Below are positions 63,973-64,000 of a stretch of DNA of 64,000 nt, in pieces. Under the pieces are notes generated by a model, which saw only the letters and a program-made list of their open reading frames with translations, was not told the DNA's origin and did no database searches. This DNA is from Octopus sinensis (lineage: Eukaryota): NCBI RefSeq assembly GCF_006345805.1, contig NC_043004.1, forward strand, positions 12,586,001 to 12,650,000. Reading direction: 5' to 3'. Positions within the stretch are counted from its first letter, which is position 1; the number at the start of each line of letters is the position of its first letter. The position numbers were made by a program, and so were the translations under genes.

Positions 63973-64000
63973 TGAGAAAGAAAAATAAATTCTTGCCCCG

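Overview
AT-rich, extremely microsatellite-dense eukaryotic DNA. The tRNA-derived SINE families look like those I recall from Octopus genomes, so this is very probably an octopod cephalopod (inference). I could not identify a host protein-coding gene with confidence. Nearly all ORF-track entries are translations of (CA)n/(TA)n/(TATG)n/(AAT)n repeats, and the window looks intronic or intergenic, with a few isolated exon-like segments. Recognisable content: dozens of SINE copies from at least 4 families (CORE-like, tRNA-Arg-like, Nin-domain, V-like); decayed mariner transposases (34.4-35.1 kb minus, 38.6-39.6 kb plus); a Helitron Rep fragment (23.9-24.4 kb); an R4/Dong-clade RLE non-LTR element with an internal inversion (44.7-46.2 kb) plus two more R4 fragments; a CR1-group LINE 3' part (57.4-58.2 kb); several MITEs; and one 100-N gap. 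The most unusual signal is a recurring set of short, mostly (TA)n-associated elements carrying minimal hammerhead-ribozyme motifs with palindromic stem III (Penelope-type). Several of these are built as long foldback palindromes (6.8, 24.6, 32.2, 42.9 kb); a related-looking palindrome at 32.7 kb lacks a clear core. There is also a tandem array of 70-bp units at 48.0-48.4 kb in which each unit folds into a 26-bp hairpin. Element boundaries are approximate unless a TSD/TIR is quoted.
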